Of a stretch of DNA of 64,000 nt, positions 62,301 through 64,000 are shown one piece after another (positions within the stretch are counted from its first letter, which is position 1; the number at the start of each line of letters is the position of its first letter). This DNA comes from Auanema rhodensis (lineage: Eukaryota > Animalia > Nematoda), in NCBI GenBank assembly GCA_964057225.1, contig OZ059899.1, positions 3,224,001-3,288,000 on the forward strand. The letters run 5' to 3'. A program made the position numbers and the translations under genes. The notes under the pieces were generated by a model. That model made no database searches, had not been told where the DNA came from, and saw nothing but the letters and a program-made list of their open reading frames with translations.

Positions 62301-64000
62301 AAACTCAACATACACTAATGCATCATTTTTCAAACGATCATAACTAATTTTTGTATTAAGCGTTTCTCAATGTAGTATAGTGCATTCGATGCGGATTTTT
62401 AAGCTGCGTCGATCTGTGTTATCAGATTTGCGCTAGCTTAAAAATGCACCGAGATATCAACTGATATAAGTTCACACTTATATCCTCGATTTTCACCCTG
62501 AAGAATTAATTTTTTCGTTGAATAACATTGTCCATCGTCTTTGCCTTGAAAAATGGAATCTAAAAACACCTACTTTTTGCTAAATTATTTTGAAATTTTT
62601 CGAAAAAATTTTTGTCAAAATGTTTTTGGAAGCAATGTTGAGTGTACATGGAAACTCAACATACACTAATGCATCATTTTTCAAACGATCATAACTAATT
62701 TTTGTATTAAGCGTTTCTCAATGTAGTATAGTGCATTCGATGCGGATTTTCAAGCTGCGTCGATCTGTGTTATCAGATTTGCGCTAGCTTAAAAATGCAC
62801 CGAGATATCAACTGATATAAGTTCACACATATATACCCGATTTTCACCCTGAAGAATTAATTTTTTCGTTAAATAACCTTGTCCATCGTTTTTGTCTTAA
62901 AAAATAGAATCTAAAAACATCTACTTTTTGCTAAATTATTTTGAAATTTTTCGAAAAAATTTTTGTCAAAATGTTTTTGGAAGCAATGTTGAGTGTACAT
63001 GGAAACTCAACATATACTAATGCATCATTTTTCAAACGATCATAACTAATTTTTGTATCAAGTGTTTCTCAATGTAGTATAGTGCATTCGATGCGGATTT
63101 TTAAGCTGCGTCGATCTGTGTTATCAGATTTGCGCTAGCTTAAAAATGCACCGAGATATCAACTGATATAAGTTCACACTTATATCCTCGATTTTCACCC
63201 TGAAGAATTAATTTTTTCGTTGAATAACATTGTCTATCGTCTTTGCCTTGAGAAATGGAATCTACAAACATCTACTTTTTGCTAAATTATTTTGAATTTT
63301 TTCGAAAAAATTTTTGTCAAAATGTTTTTGGAAGCAATGTTGAGTGTACATGGAAACTCAACATACACTAATGCATCATTTTTCAAACGATCATAACTAA
63401 TTTTTGTATTAAGCGTTTCTCAATGTAGTATAGTGCATTCGATGCGGATTTTTAAGCTGCGTCGATCTGTGTTATCAGATTTGCGCTAGCTTAAAAATGC
63501 ACCGAGATATCAACTGATATAAGTTCACACATATATACCCGATTTTCACCCTGAAGAATTAATTTTTTCGTTAAATAACCTTGTCCATCGTTTTTGTCTT
63601 AAAAAATAGAATCTAAAAACTTCTACTTTTTGCTAAATTATTTTGAAATTTTTCGAAAAAATTTTTGTCAAAATGTTTTTGGAAGCAATGTTGAGTGTAC
63701 ATGGAAACTCAACATACACTAATGCATCATTTTTCAAACGATCATAACTAATTTTTGTATTAAGCGTTTCTCAATGTAGTATAGTGCATTCGATGCGGAT
63801 TTTTAAGCTGCGTCGATCTGTGTTATCAGATTTGCGCTAGCTTAAAAATGCACCGAGATATCAACTGATATAAGTTCACACTTATATCCTCGATTTTCAC
63901 CCTGAAGAATTAATTTTTTCGTTGAATAACATTGTCCATCGTCTTTGCCTTGAAAAATGGAATCTAAAAACACCTACTTTTTGCTAAATTATTTTGAAAT
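20338..64000. repeat. Main 351-bp satellite array (about 125 monomers, continues past the window)
   Basis: Monomer starts fall at 20338+351k up to 58597, then a 160-bp monomer, then 58757+351k up to 63671. Monomers differ only by scattered shared substitutions. Confidence 0.99.
58597..58756. repeat. Internally deleted satellite monomer (160 bp)
   Basis: Monomer positions 86-285 are missing and replaced by GTGGAATCG (58682-58690). Confidence 0.92.

Noticed and set aside
20338-64000. CRISPR-like array
   Set aside because: Contiguous 351-bp monomers with no unique spacers, no cas genes, and a eukaryotic context.

Overview
Eukaryotic, very AT-rich heterochromatin-type DNA, most likely from a nematode. 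Evidence for this is a PBS matching my recollection of the nematode tRNA-Pro 3' end and a TTTTCAG acceptor in the LTR. The window has only two components. (1) A 351-bp, dyad-rich satellite fills 20338-64000 (109 full monomers, one 160-bp deleted monomer, 14 full monomers and a partial one) and forms three spacers of 6, 6 and 9 monomers. (2) There are four head-to-tail copies, the first truncated by the window edge, of a 3.64-kb minus-strand Ty3/gypsy-like LTR retroelement. It has 379-bp LTRs (TG...TT), a tRNA-Pro PBS, a PPT, a 5-bp AAATG target-site duplication and one intact ORF: Gag (capsid, CCHC), aspartic protease and a putative degenerate dUTPase-like domain, with no RT, RNase H or integrase. 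Every copy sits at the same base of the satellite monomer and carries the same 5'-LTR versus 3'-LTR SNP. This indicates one insertion later amplified together with satellite monomers into a 5.7-6.8-kb element+satellite macro-repeat at the edge of the long array. The satellite also shows higher-order structure, a compensatory hairpin change and a deletion with a templated insertion.
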